The notes under the pieces are model-generated. The model did not search any database, was not told where the DNA came from, and worked only from the letters and a program-made list of their open reading frames with translations. Both the position numbers and the translations under genes were made by a program. A DNA stretch of 64,000 nt from Ostrea edulis (taxonomy: Eukaryota): contig NC_079165.1 in NCBI RefSeq assembly GCF_947568905.1, positions 10,664,001 to 10,728,000 of the forward strand, given 5' to 3'. Of the stretch, positions 13,101-25,100 are shown piece by piece. Position 1 is the first letter of the stretch. Each line of letters begins with the position of its first letter.

Positions 13101-16100
13101 GACCTCAAGGTCAAAATTAAACGTTTTTACAATGGATTCGTGTCAGGGCCATGACTTCTTTATTCTTTGACATAGGCATACCATATTTGACACATGAGTG
13201 TATCACCATGAGACGATGTGTCAGGTACCTTCATTACCTCTATATGACCTTGAACTTTCACCTCAAGGTCAAAATTGATTATAGGGTTTTGACATAGTCA
13301 TACCATAAGACATGGATGTATCACCATGAGACTATGTGTCATGTACATTCATGACCTCTTTATGACCTTGACCTTTGATCTCAAGGTCAAAATTATAGGT
13401 TTATACCATGGATTTGTGTTCGCACTATATCTTCCATTTTCTTCTACAAAGGCATACTATATTTTTACACTCAGGAAAGAGGTAATTTATGCCTATTAAC
13501 AACACCCTTTGGGAGATTGGGGTAAGCAGGGGGCATTCTTATTGAGCATTGCTCACAGTACCTCTTGTTTGTTTTAAAAGTGCCTGTTCTTTTTGGTGCC
13601 AAAGTCTTCTGAAACTATCAGGTTAAAAGCATTCATTGTAAGTTATACTGATATGATGGCATAATTATTAGTGATCAATTATGCAAAGAAAAAGGGAAGA
13701 AAAATATATATTCATAATGAAAAATAGAAACATCTTTAAAATATCCTCAATCATTCCACAAATCACAGTTACATCAGTGGATCCAAGATATCACAAAAGG
13801 ATAATCAAATGAAGGTTCAGACAATGTTTTTATGTTATTGCAATGAAACTTGAAAGAAAAATGGTATGATAGAAAACCCATGGGTTGCCCCCCCCCCCCC
13901 CCCCCCCCCCCCCTCTCTCTTAAAATTGCTTAGCTGGTGGGTGCAGGCTAGGCCCACACTCCTGAATTTTGCATAGAATATAAGAAGAAAGAAATCGGTT
14001 CTGAATAACATGATTATGGGTTCCTGTAGATCTATTTCAGCATTAAATACATTGCAATATATGAATCTAACTCTTTCAGGAATAAAAATTTGAACAAACG
14101 TTACTTTATTTTCATTACATCAGTTTTACATCCTGTCCTCAAGCATCCTCAAACATCTACAAGTACATGTACATATATATAAAGCAACTTCTGATCTTGA
14201 CACTACTTGTATGAATTTAATCATTTATGTTTGACCGCAATCTAAATCTACATGAACTTATTGCAGACTGTCACTTCACCACAATTTGTTGTCATTATTG
14301 AGGACCTCAAAACTGAGGAAGGCTCTGAGGCAAAATTCATGGTCAAGGTTCGAGGTGAACCAACTCCAGAGGTCATGTGGTTCCATGAGAACGAACCAAT
14401 CAAAGACGATGACATCTACAAGATCATGGCTGGTGAGGAGGGTGAAGTAGTCCTGTATCTGCCTGAGGTGTTCATAGAGGATGCCGGTGTATACACGGTG
14501 AAAGCTGTCAATGAGGCCGGCGAAGTCTCCTGCTCAGCAATCCTCACAGTTCTTCAAGGTGAGTTGATTTACTCATTGAGTTTGTAGCATACCTGTAAAT
14601 CAGAAAGCACCAAAGAGATAGAAGTGGAGGAAACGCCTTCTGTATAATGGGTATTTCCTGCAGGTGGAAATTTTGTGACTTGATGATCCCAAGATATATT
14701 CTGCATTTCCAATTTCTGCAGTTGCAATATACCTATATATTCTTATAGGTATATTGCAAGTTTTATTTTTGTGGATTTTTCCTGTCTGCAAAATTCCACA
14801 CAAAAAATGGACAACCACAGAAAATACCCATAATGCAATATTTTGGAATGTTGTATATTCATGAACTTTCACCCTTAGGGAGGAAAGAAACATTATCTTG
14901 AAAGTTTAGAAATTGATGAAAAATATCTTAAGTATTTTAGAAATTGTTGAGGGAAGATTACCCATTCTTCATTTTGCAGAGGAGCTGGAAGATACAGAAG
15001 ACATCAAGGAGACACCTAAAGCAGAGTCAATCGAGGAAACACCTGCGAAACCGTTCACAATGCCAGATGCTGAACAACTGGACTTCAGAGCTGTACTCAA
15101 AAGCAAAGTGTAAGTTCTGTTTTATCATGCTTTATCTTTAGTTATAGTATTAACAAATCACCAAGTATCCTTATTATATTCAGAGTATTGACTATGATAC
15201 TACATTATTGTATTTTTGTAATGTTATCAAGAGATGTAAATTTAAGATTTTCTATCCTTATTTTAATATGAATCATTTGATTGTATAGCATACAGCATGC
15301 CTCCCATGTAAAAATGTCACTGTATGCTCTTCTTTGCATGCAATTTATAGCAAGACCAAATCGAACGAGAGCTTTGAAACTGAACAGCTGGATTTTAGAA
15401 GTGCGCTTAAAACTAAAGTGTAAGTCATACCCGGTGATGGAATCTGTGATGAATTTTCTGAATGATTGTCATTTTTTGAGTTTTATTGACCAGCTAAAGT
15501 TAAATATTTCATAAACAACTCTCTGTTCCTCATCAGGAAAACAAAGGCAAACCAAGAATTTGAGTCAAAACAACTCGACTTCCGAGGTGCTCTCAAATCA
15601 GAGCATGTGTAAGTTTCCTCGTTAAACTCTTAATCCTGTGGATTGTATTGGGATAAAACTGTCAGTTAATTTTTTTTTGTAAATCAATCTGTAACAGTTT
15701 TTGGCTTGTTTTGTATTCATACTCCCACAATTAACAACAGTAGATATACATATAAGACATATATTCCTCCTTTGACAGTGTGCCATTTAACAGATTTTGG
15801 ACTAACAACAGCCTTCAGTTTTGTACATATACTTATAGCATGCTTACATTATGTATATTCTAACAGACAAACCAAAGTGAACCAACAGTTTGCGCATGAA
15901 CAGTTGGACTTCCGAGATGCTATCAAAGCTCGCCATGTGTAAGTCAACCACTGTTCTGGTTAGGTGTACTGTTGTCATTTAATCTAGACGTTTAAAAAAG
16001 ACGAAAAATAATCCATGTTAAGAAGTGTGTAGGCAGGGGACAATTTTTTACTGAGTGTAACACTGACTTGGCTAGGAGGAGATAAATATTATCATCAAAG

Positions 16101-19100
16101 GTCATGATAAGCTTATACACGCATGAAATAGTTTGATCACATCATAAGATGTTCATGCAGTGCATGGTATGTGTTTTGCATGTCTTCCAGGGAAACTAAA
16201 GTCAACCAGCAGTTCCGGCATGAACAGTTAGATTTTAGAGAAGTCTTAAAAACAGAGACTGTGTAAGTACCACTAAGAGTGTGTGAGATTGTTGTATTAA
16301 GATGTGTAAGTACCATTTACAGTGTGTGAGATTGTTGTATTGAGATGTGTAAGTACCATTCACAGTGTGTGAGATTATTGTATTGAGATGTGTAAGTACC
16401 ACTAAGAGTGTGTGAGATTGTTGTATTGAGATGTGTAAGTATCATTCACAGTGTGTGAGATTGTTGTATTGAGATGTGTAAGTACCACTAAGAGTGTGTG
16501 AGATTGTTGTATTGAGATGTGTAAGTACCATTCACAGTGTGTGAGATTGTTGTATTGAGTTCTTCATTTGAATGACACCTTTTAATGCATGCTGTCTGCT
16601 TTTGCATGTTCACAGTGAGACCACATTTAATCAACAATTTCCTCATGAGCAGCTGGATTTCAGATCAGTACTCAAAGCCGACCGGTAAGGCACAGTGAGA
16701 GGGGTCTATTGTAAGACTACAGTGAGAGGGGTCTGTTGTAAGACTGCTGTTTAAGTCTGTAATTCTGACAATAACATGTGCCCAATCTTCTGTTTGCAGT
16801 GAATCCAGTGAAGAAATCACCCAAGAAGAGACTGTCATTGAGGTTTCCAAGAAACCAGAGGAGGAGGTACCTCAGGTGTCCCAGATAGAGGAAGTAGAAC
16901 TGGTGGCTCCTAAATTTATCACCAGAATTGACGACATCAAAGTGGAAGAAGGAGAAGAGGTCAAGTTTATTGCCAAGGTCACAGGCACACCCACTCCTGA
17001 GGTCACATGGCACCATGACAATGAGGTCATCAAAGAAGACAGTGATATATACAAAGTGTTGCCAGGAGAGGAAGGGGAGGTCACTCTATTGCTTACAGAG
17101 GCCTTTCCTGAGGATTCGGGTGTTTACACTGTCACTGCCTCAAATGCCGTCGGACGGGCGGAATGTACAGCCATGCTGACTGTCTCTGGTAAGCAATTAA
17201 CGCATTCATTTGCATTTTAGGTATAAGGATATCTATTTCAGAAAGTGGATTACTAAAATGACAGTGTCTCTTTCTGTAGAATTAATTGAAGATGAAGAAC
17301 AGGTTCCAGAAGAACAAGTTGAGTTGATTGAAAGCAAAGAAATTATTAAAGAGGAGGCAGCTGTCAAAATACAGGCAATGTTCCGAGGATACAAGGTTTG
17401 CATTTACAAACTACACCAGTGATATCACACATGTAGAAACATTTACACATCACACCAGTGATATCACACATGTAGAAACATTTACACATCACACCAGTGA
17501 TATCACATGTAGAAACATTTACACATCACATCAGTGATATCACACATGTAGAAACATTTACACATCACACCAGTGATATCACACATGTAGAAACATTTAC
17601 ACATCACACCAGTGATATCACATTTATAAACATTTACACATCACACCAGTGATATCTCATGTAGAAACATTTACACATCACACCAGTGATATCACATGTA
17701 TAAACATTTACACATCACACCAGTGATATCACACATGTAGAAACATTTACACATCACACCAGTGATATCACATGTAGAAACATTTACACATCACACCAGT
17801 GATATCACACATGTAGAAACATTTACACATCACACCAGTGATATCACATATATAAACATTTACACATCACACCAGTGATATCACATGTATAAACATATAC
17901 ACATCACACCAGTGATATCACATGTATAAACATATACACATCACACCAGTGATATCACACATGTAGAAACATTTACACATCACACCAGTGATATCACATA
18001 TATAAACATTTACACATCACACCAGTGATATCACACATGTAGAAACATTTACACATCACACCAGTGATATCACACATGTAGAAACATTTACACATCACAC
18101 CAGTGATATCACACATGTAGAAACATTTACACATCACACCAGTGATATCACATGTAGAAACATTTACACATCACACCAGTGATATCACACATGTAGAAAC
18201 ATTTACACATCACACCAGTGATATCACACATGTAGAAACATTTACACATCACACCAGTGATATCACACATGTAGAAACATTTACACATCACACCAGTGAT
18301 ATCTCATGTAGAAACATTTACACATCACACCAGTGATATCACACATGTAGAAACATTTACACATCACACCAGTGATATCACACATGTAGAAACATTTACA
18401 CATCACACCAGTGATATCACATGTAGAAACATTTACACATCACACCAGTGATATCACACATGTAGAAACATTTACACATCACACCAGTGATATCACACAT
18501 GTAGAAACATTTACACATCACACCAGTGATATCACACATGTAGAAACATTTACACATCACACCAGTAATATCACATGTAGAAACATTTCTATCCTAGCAT
18601 CAAGTCCAACATCACATCAACATGTGTTTTTATAACCGTGAAATGGTCAGGGTATATGGCGTTATCCTTTTCTGTCCATCATTTCATCACTTTGTCATTC
18701 TGCTCTTGTGTCATTCCATCATAGTTTTCCAGACTGTTATATTCTAATTTTGTTTCATTTCCTTTCAGTGTTATTTTCACATTATTGGACTATCAAACTT
18801 GAATATCAGCGGGGGGCATTTATGTCATACTGATCCTTTGTTGAACTGAGTCATAATGAGCTTGCAAATTTATTAATTTAACAGGCCAGAGAGGAGGTAA
18901 AGGACATGAAAGAGACCAAGGAACAGCAGGAAGTTCCCACATTTGAAGCTGATACGACCTTTGACATTAGTGACATCAGCACTGACACAGAGATTACAGC
19001 TCATCTTCCTAGAGAAGACCAATCACAGGATACACAGGTAGGTCATGACCTCTGTCACATGCACAGTCCAATGTCATCAATTATATACTCTAAAAATCAT

Positions 19101-22100
19101 TTCATAAGTGTATCCTGAGCACTAATCATATCAAACAGATAAAAGAGATTTTAAAGAGATTATCTTTAATACAAGTGAAATTTTTTTGATTGACTAATGA
19201 TTTCTTTAAAAAATATCAAAACTTAACTCTGAGCACTTAGAATGTAGAATAATCTAGTACTTGTCAAACTGATAGTATATATCAGCAGGTTAAATTCTCA
19301 GTGTAGTACTAGTATAGTTGTAGATGTTTTAACGATATCTAGTAAACAACATATCTGTATTATAATTAATCAGCAACAGAGATGTAAACTAAGTAGGAAA
19401 TCATTTTTGTTGAGCTAAGTTTGAAATGGAAGTTTTAATTGGCTGATGCGCACAAGTTTTAACATTATGGATGATTTAACAATTAAAAGCTAACATAACG
19501 ATTAAATCAAGAGTAGCTATCTTAACATAAATAATCAGGGCTCTAATTGAGTAACTTTCAATAGCTGGAGCTGCAAATACTTGTAGGTGATGGCTAACTA
19601 ATTCTGTAAATGTTTTGGTTTGGCTAGATTTTCCCAACATATACTCGATTTTATTTTCATAAGCATGGATTGCTAAAAAAAATTTATTTTGTTTGATGTC
19701 AGAGAAAGTTTTATTCAAAACTCTGCAACTGAAAGTTGGCATGACAATTTTGGCATGAATATTTTTGTTCTTTAAAATTTTACCCCAGAATGTTTAACTT
19801 TGCAAACATTTGACTGCAAAGCAATAATCACCAATGGTATGAACAAGAAGGCAACACAAAAAAATTAAAACTTTGGTTTATGATTTGATTAATCATTGTT
19901 GCTTTCTTGTTCTGTATATGTTTGCAGCTGTCTGCATGGTTAGCCGTAATTGTTTATTAGTGTTTGTTTACCACCTCACAGCAGCATTTGCATGCACACA
20001 GCAGCAATGACTACGATGTAGGCACTAAAGTCTATACCTGGAGGCTAGAGAGCACACCTCAAGACAGCTTTCCTCAATATGACACTTATTTGTTCAAGGA
20101 GGAACTTATTGTTACTGGCTCAGAGAGTGAGGATCAAGGATATCTTCCATCTGATGAGGAAGGTGAAAGGACCAAGACTGCAGAGGATGAAACTTCCACC
20201 TGGCATATAACAGGGGAAGAAGAAGAACCTCCTGCACTGCCTTCCACATCTGCTCCGGAGCTTACAACAGACTCCACTCTGCTCTCCAGCAGACCCGATA
20301 GGACATCAGAGGACTTCACATCCATACCAAGCTCCACTATACCCGAGGGCACAGATGAAGCATTCACTTTTGTAACAGCAGAAGATCTTCCAGAAAAACC
20401 TGTTGAGGAAGAGTTTACCATTCTCAGCAAGGAGGATATTCCACCTCTAGATCTTCAACTGGGAATTTCATCTTCTGATGAAAAAGAGGGATCTGAAAAA
20501 TCCTACCCTGAGGACTTCACTAGTTCTGATGAGGATGACAGCTCAGCTGAAAAACGTCTAGCAACTGAGGAAGAAAAGAAATTACTTGCCAAGCAAGATG
20601 GAATAGAAAAAGACAAAATTCCTCAAGAGAAACAAGACACAGGCGAAAGATCAGAGGAGTCTTCAACTTCAGAAGAGTCTGAAGGAGAAGATGGCTTTGT
20701 GAAACCTTCAATGCCAGACATTGTTCCCAAAGATTCCAACATTCTTGACAGGAGTTTTTCAAGTGAATCTGATGAAGAAGAGAAAGAACAAATAAAAGTT
20801 AAAGGTGTTCCATTACCTGATGGTTACAAAATGCCAAAAGCATCTTCACAGAAGGAAATTTCAGTGCCTGAAAAAGAACTTGAACAGCATCTCATTGAGG
20901 AGGAAATTGTTGTTCCATCAGAGGACAAACCAGATTTTGCAGGTCAAGTGATATCAGAAAAAGACACCATTCTTCAATTGGATAAGAATATCAAGGACAA
21001 ATTTGAGGGTTTCATTGAGGAAGGAAAAGATCATGGACCAACATCTATGGTGGACAAGGTCAGTCTTTGGGATGAGGAAAGTGAGGATGAAGAAAGAAAA
21101 CTTGTCCGAAAATTCTCTCCATTTGAAAAGTCAATGGATGAGCAACCTGTGAGTGATATCATCATTGAGGAAAATGAGGAAGATGCAATTAAACCTGATT
21201 TCAAACAGCAGGTTTCATTAGAGGAGAGTCAACCACCAGAGGCTGGGTTAATCACCCAAAAAGATTTGAAGGAAGGTGGTAAAGAAGGAAATAAGGAGTT
21301 GGTGGATCTATCTTTTGACAAGCTGTTGCAATCACCCACAGAAATGTCAGAAGAAAGAGAAATTGAGGAAGAATTTGAACAGCCTGAGTTGTATCAAAAG
21401 GACAGCTTTGCTCCAGAATTTGAAGTCAAACCGAAGGACATTTTCCATGCTGAACAGTATGATCTGTTTAGAGGTGTGCCAGAAAGAGATGAAGATTATG
21501 AGGAAGTTAGCATTGAGGAGGAAGAAATCATTGAGGAGGAAGAGGTTCACGATGAATTCATGGGTAGAGAATACATACTAGAGAATATTCCAGAAGAGGA
21601 GTCATTTGAAACTTCAGAGAATGAGGGATATACAGGAGAGGACCAACAGCTGAGCCCTGAGGAAACACGAACGAAACCAAGCAAAGATCAAACTTCTGAG
21701 GTAGGCCATTAACATAGAAGTGTAGCTTAGACAAATCAGAGGGTGGTTAGAGGATTCAGACAAAGGCAGCAAAACACTCACACAAATACCAATTAGTAGA
21801 TATTAACATCAGTCTCTTTGGTAAGTATTGTACAGATATATATTCATGTGTATTCCAGATATATAATGTGTATAAATATATATACGTCTTCACAAAGCTT
21901 TGGCTTATATCACTGTTTTGTCTTTTAACCTTCAAACAAATGGCCCTCAAGCATAATCTCTGTCCTCCCTGTATGTGTTTATTCAAATGTTCCATTATGT
22001 ATACATTTTTGTGATTATAATTGACTTTCAGGTATTTTCAGAAACATTAAGCATGAAATGATCCCTATTTTGAACAGCAGTATGAATAGATAGAGGGTGG

Positions 22101-25100
22101 TTTTTGTCTTTTTGTGGTGTACCCATTGGATAATCTTTACTTTTGCATGAGTTTTACCCCTTTGAATATTACGGTTTGGGGTTGAAATTTTTTCCCCTTT
22201 TTTATTTCCTTAATCCTTAAACATAGTGGATACTTTTGTTGAATAAACTGCCTATGGTTTCATTGTAAAAATCTGAATGACAATTTGCCAGGATGTGGAG
22301 GCTGCACTGACCCTGACGGAGGATGAGGAGCCCACCTTCTTGCGAGAACTCTCTGACCAGGAAGTGACCGAGGAAGACACAGTGACCTTCATTATACAAG
22401 TCAGCGGCACTCCATTCCCAGAAATCACTTGGTAGGGTCAAACTCAGAAATCTGTACATGTATTTTCATTGAAGAATCATTGAATTTTTTTAATATTCCA
22501 AGATTAGTTTTATGCCATGAAAGAAACAAAGCAGATGTGAAGTGTAGGTATCCTTATAGATCAATTGTACTAGTACATTGAACCTTGTTTTGATGTATTT
22601 AAGATAGAGGAGAGCCGTATAGTTTGTGATTATATTCAGAATATTGGAATTAAATTTTAGTGAGCTCTTCATTTTAATGAGGTAGAATATTTAATGGTCT
22701 GGTGTAACAACATGTATATAAGATCTCACCAATCCTGAGAACCATACTAATATTGCCAAAATTAAATCCTTGCCAAAAATTCCAATTAAATTGTATACAA
22801 GTATATCGTAAAATCCAAAAGACTCTATAGTATCTCTCAGATCAATTTTTATTTTATATGAAACAGGTACAAGGATGGAGTTGAAATTAAATCAGATGAC
22901 CATTTCAATACTGAAGTTCGAGGAAACTTTGCCTCTCTCATTATCAAAGATGTCATCATTGACGATGATGCAGAATATGCTGTAAAGGCCAGCAACAAAG
23001 CAGGCTCAAAGACCAGTAAAGGAGAACTCTTTGTCAATCCCTCTGGTACGATGTTTACACAAGACGGTTTACCAAGTTAGATAGTAAAGGGCTCCGATTT
23101 TGAGGCTTTTCAAATCCTAAATGACTTCACAAAATTTATTTCCTTTTATTGTAGGTGAGGCACCATCCATCCTCTCGAGAATTGAAGACATTGAGGTGGA
23201 ACCAAGTGCTCCGATTGTCCTTGAATGTCAGGTCAAAGGTCATCCAAAGCCAAAGGTCACCTGGTTGAAAGATGGAGAAGAAATATCAGGTCCACAGTAT
23301 AGGTAGGAAAAACTCCATGATAATTCACCTTAGCAAAAAAAATACCTGTGATGAAAGCCATTGAATTTATTCTGAAAGTTTGTTGATTTTGATTAGTTCT
23401 TATTCATGAAATTTATAATTGTTAGATGGAGATACATAATATGTTGTTATGTTACTGATAAGGTTGTGACGTTTACATAGGGTGGACTACGTTAATATGT
23501 TACTAATAAGGTTGTGACATTTACATAAGGTCAACTACATTGATGTGTTGCTGATAAGGTTGTGATGTTTACATAAGGTCAACTACATTAATATGTTGCT
23601 AATAAGGTTGTGACGTTTACATAGGGTCAACTATGTTAATATGTTGCTGATAAGGTTGTGACGTTTACATAGGGTGGACTATGTTAATATGTTGCTGATA
23701 AGGTTGTGACGTTTACATAGGGTGGACTATGTTAATATGTTGCTGATAAGGTTGTGACATTTACATAGGGTGGACTATGTTGATATGTTGCTGATAAGGT
23801 TGTGATGTTTACATAGGGTGGACTATGTTGATATGTTGCTGATAAGGTTGTGATGTTTACATAGGGTCAACTATGTTAATATGTGGCTGATAAGGTTGTG
23901 ACATTTACATAGGGTCGACTACGTGGATGACATTGTGTCGTTGGAGATTGCAGCGGCTGAAATAGAGGATGAGGGGGAATACACTCTCAGTCTCACCAAC
24001 GAGAAAGGTGTGGCTTCCTGCTCCTCAATGGTCATGATACAACTCGACAAGCCGGTGATCACCCACCCACTGTCAGACGTGACAGTGTCTGCTGCAGATA
24101 CAGCCAGGCTGCAATGTGAAATCATTGGTCGACCAACACCTGACGTAGTGTGGCTGGCCAATCAGTCGGTCATCGAGGAAAGCCCCAAATACCGCATGAG
24201 TTATGACGGAACTACCGCAGTGTTGGAAATTCACGACACCGGATTTAATGACGCTGAAGTGACATATACGTGCAGAGCTCAAAACCATGCTGGGACATGT
24301 GATACTACGGCTCATGTCGAATTACAAGGTATTTTATAATAACCAGAAGTTATCTAACGGACAGCAGACTAGTGTGGCATTATATCTATTATGATTTCAT
24401 TCTCTTTTGAGCTGAGGCTTCTTTTTTTTTATGTAGGAGTGAAACACACTTTTGAATACCAGTGATATACTATTAGCAATTGGATCAACATTAACAAATT
24501 TTTATTCATGTGAAACATTTTTGTGTGTGTTATTTAGTTTTGTAGAGAAATTTCATTTTATCAATGGTGTGTTTCACATCCATATTTGCAATAAAATCCC
24601 GTCATCTGCTTGAGTCCTGCATGAGAGTTCATCCTTGTCTATTGTGATCCATGCTGAGTGTTTTATGCTTTGTAAGATTGTGTGAATTGAATTGCAGTTA
24701 TTTACACCTGAGAAAGAATCTCAGATTTAAGGAAAGAGAACTCTTTGATTGGCATCAAAGTTTTGTGTTGTTGATTTTCCTATACAAGTTCAAGTTGTGG
24801 CAATTGTTGAATTTTTTGTCTAATTTTTTTTTTGGACACACGTAATCTGCATGCTATATTTATGTGCTTATGATGTATAAGGTCATATATGATATTAACA
24901 ATCAACAATTTATTCTTTTCTGAATTTTTCCCCCCTGCATTTTTCATGACTGATCAATATGTATGCACTGTAATCCAGTTTAACTAACATGTATCTTTCT
25001 GTAGAAATAGTAAATCATACCTATCAAATTGATAACTGATGAAGGACTACCCCTGTAGTGTGCATGATTTTCAACCATTAGAGAATATGCAAAGATAGTG

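Noticed and set aside
14604-14641. Exon-like ESTKEIEVEETPS segment
   Set aside because: Weak acceptor, weak GTATAA donor, and phase 0 does not fit the next exon; cannot be supported without reads.
11333-16690. In-frame TAA immediately after nearly every DFRxxL exon
   Set aside because: Automatic result of phase-2 GTAAG donors; not evidence of a dedicated truncation mechanism.
18142-18635. ORFs of HVETFTHHTSDIT repeats
   Set aside because: Translation of the intronic 39-bp minisatellite; the 37-bp units break the frame repeatedly.
16261-23924. Minisatellites as CRISPR arrays
   Set aside because: Head-to-tail units with no unique spacers, no cas genes, and a eukaryotic intron context.
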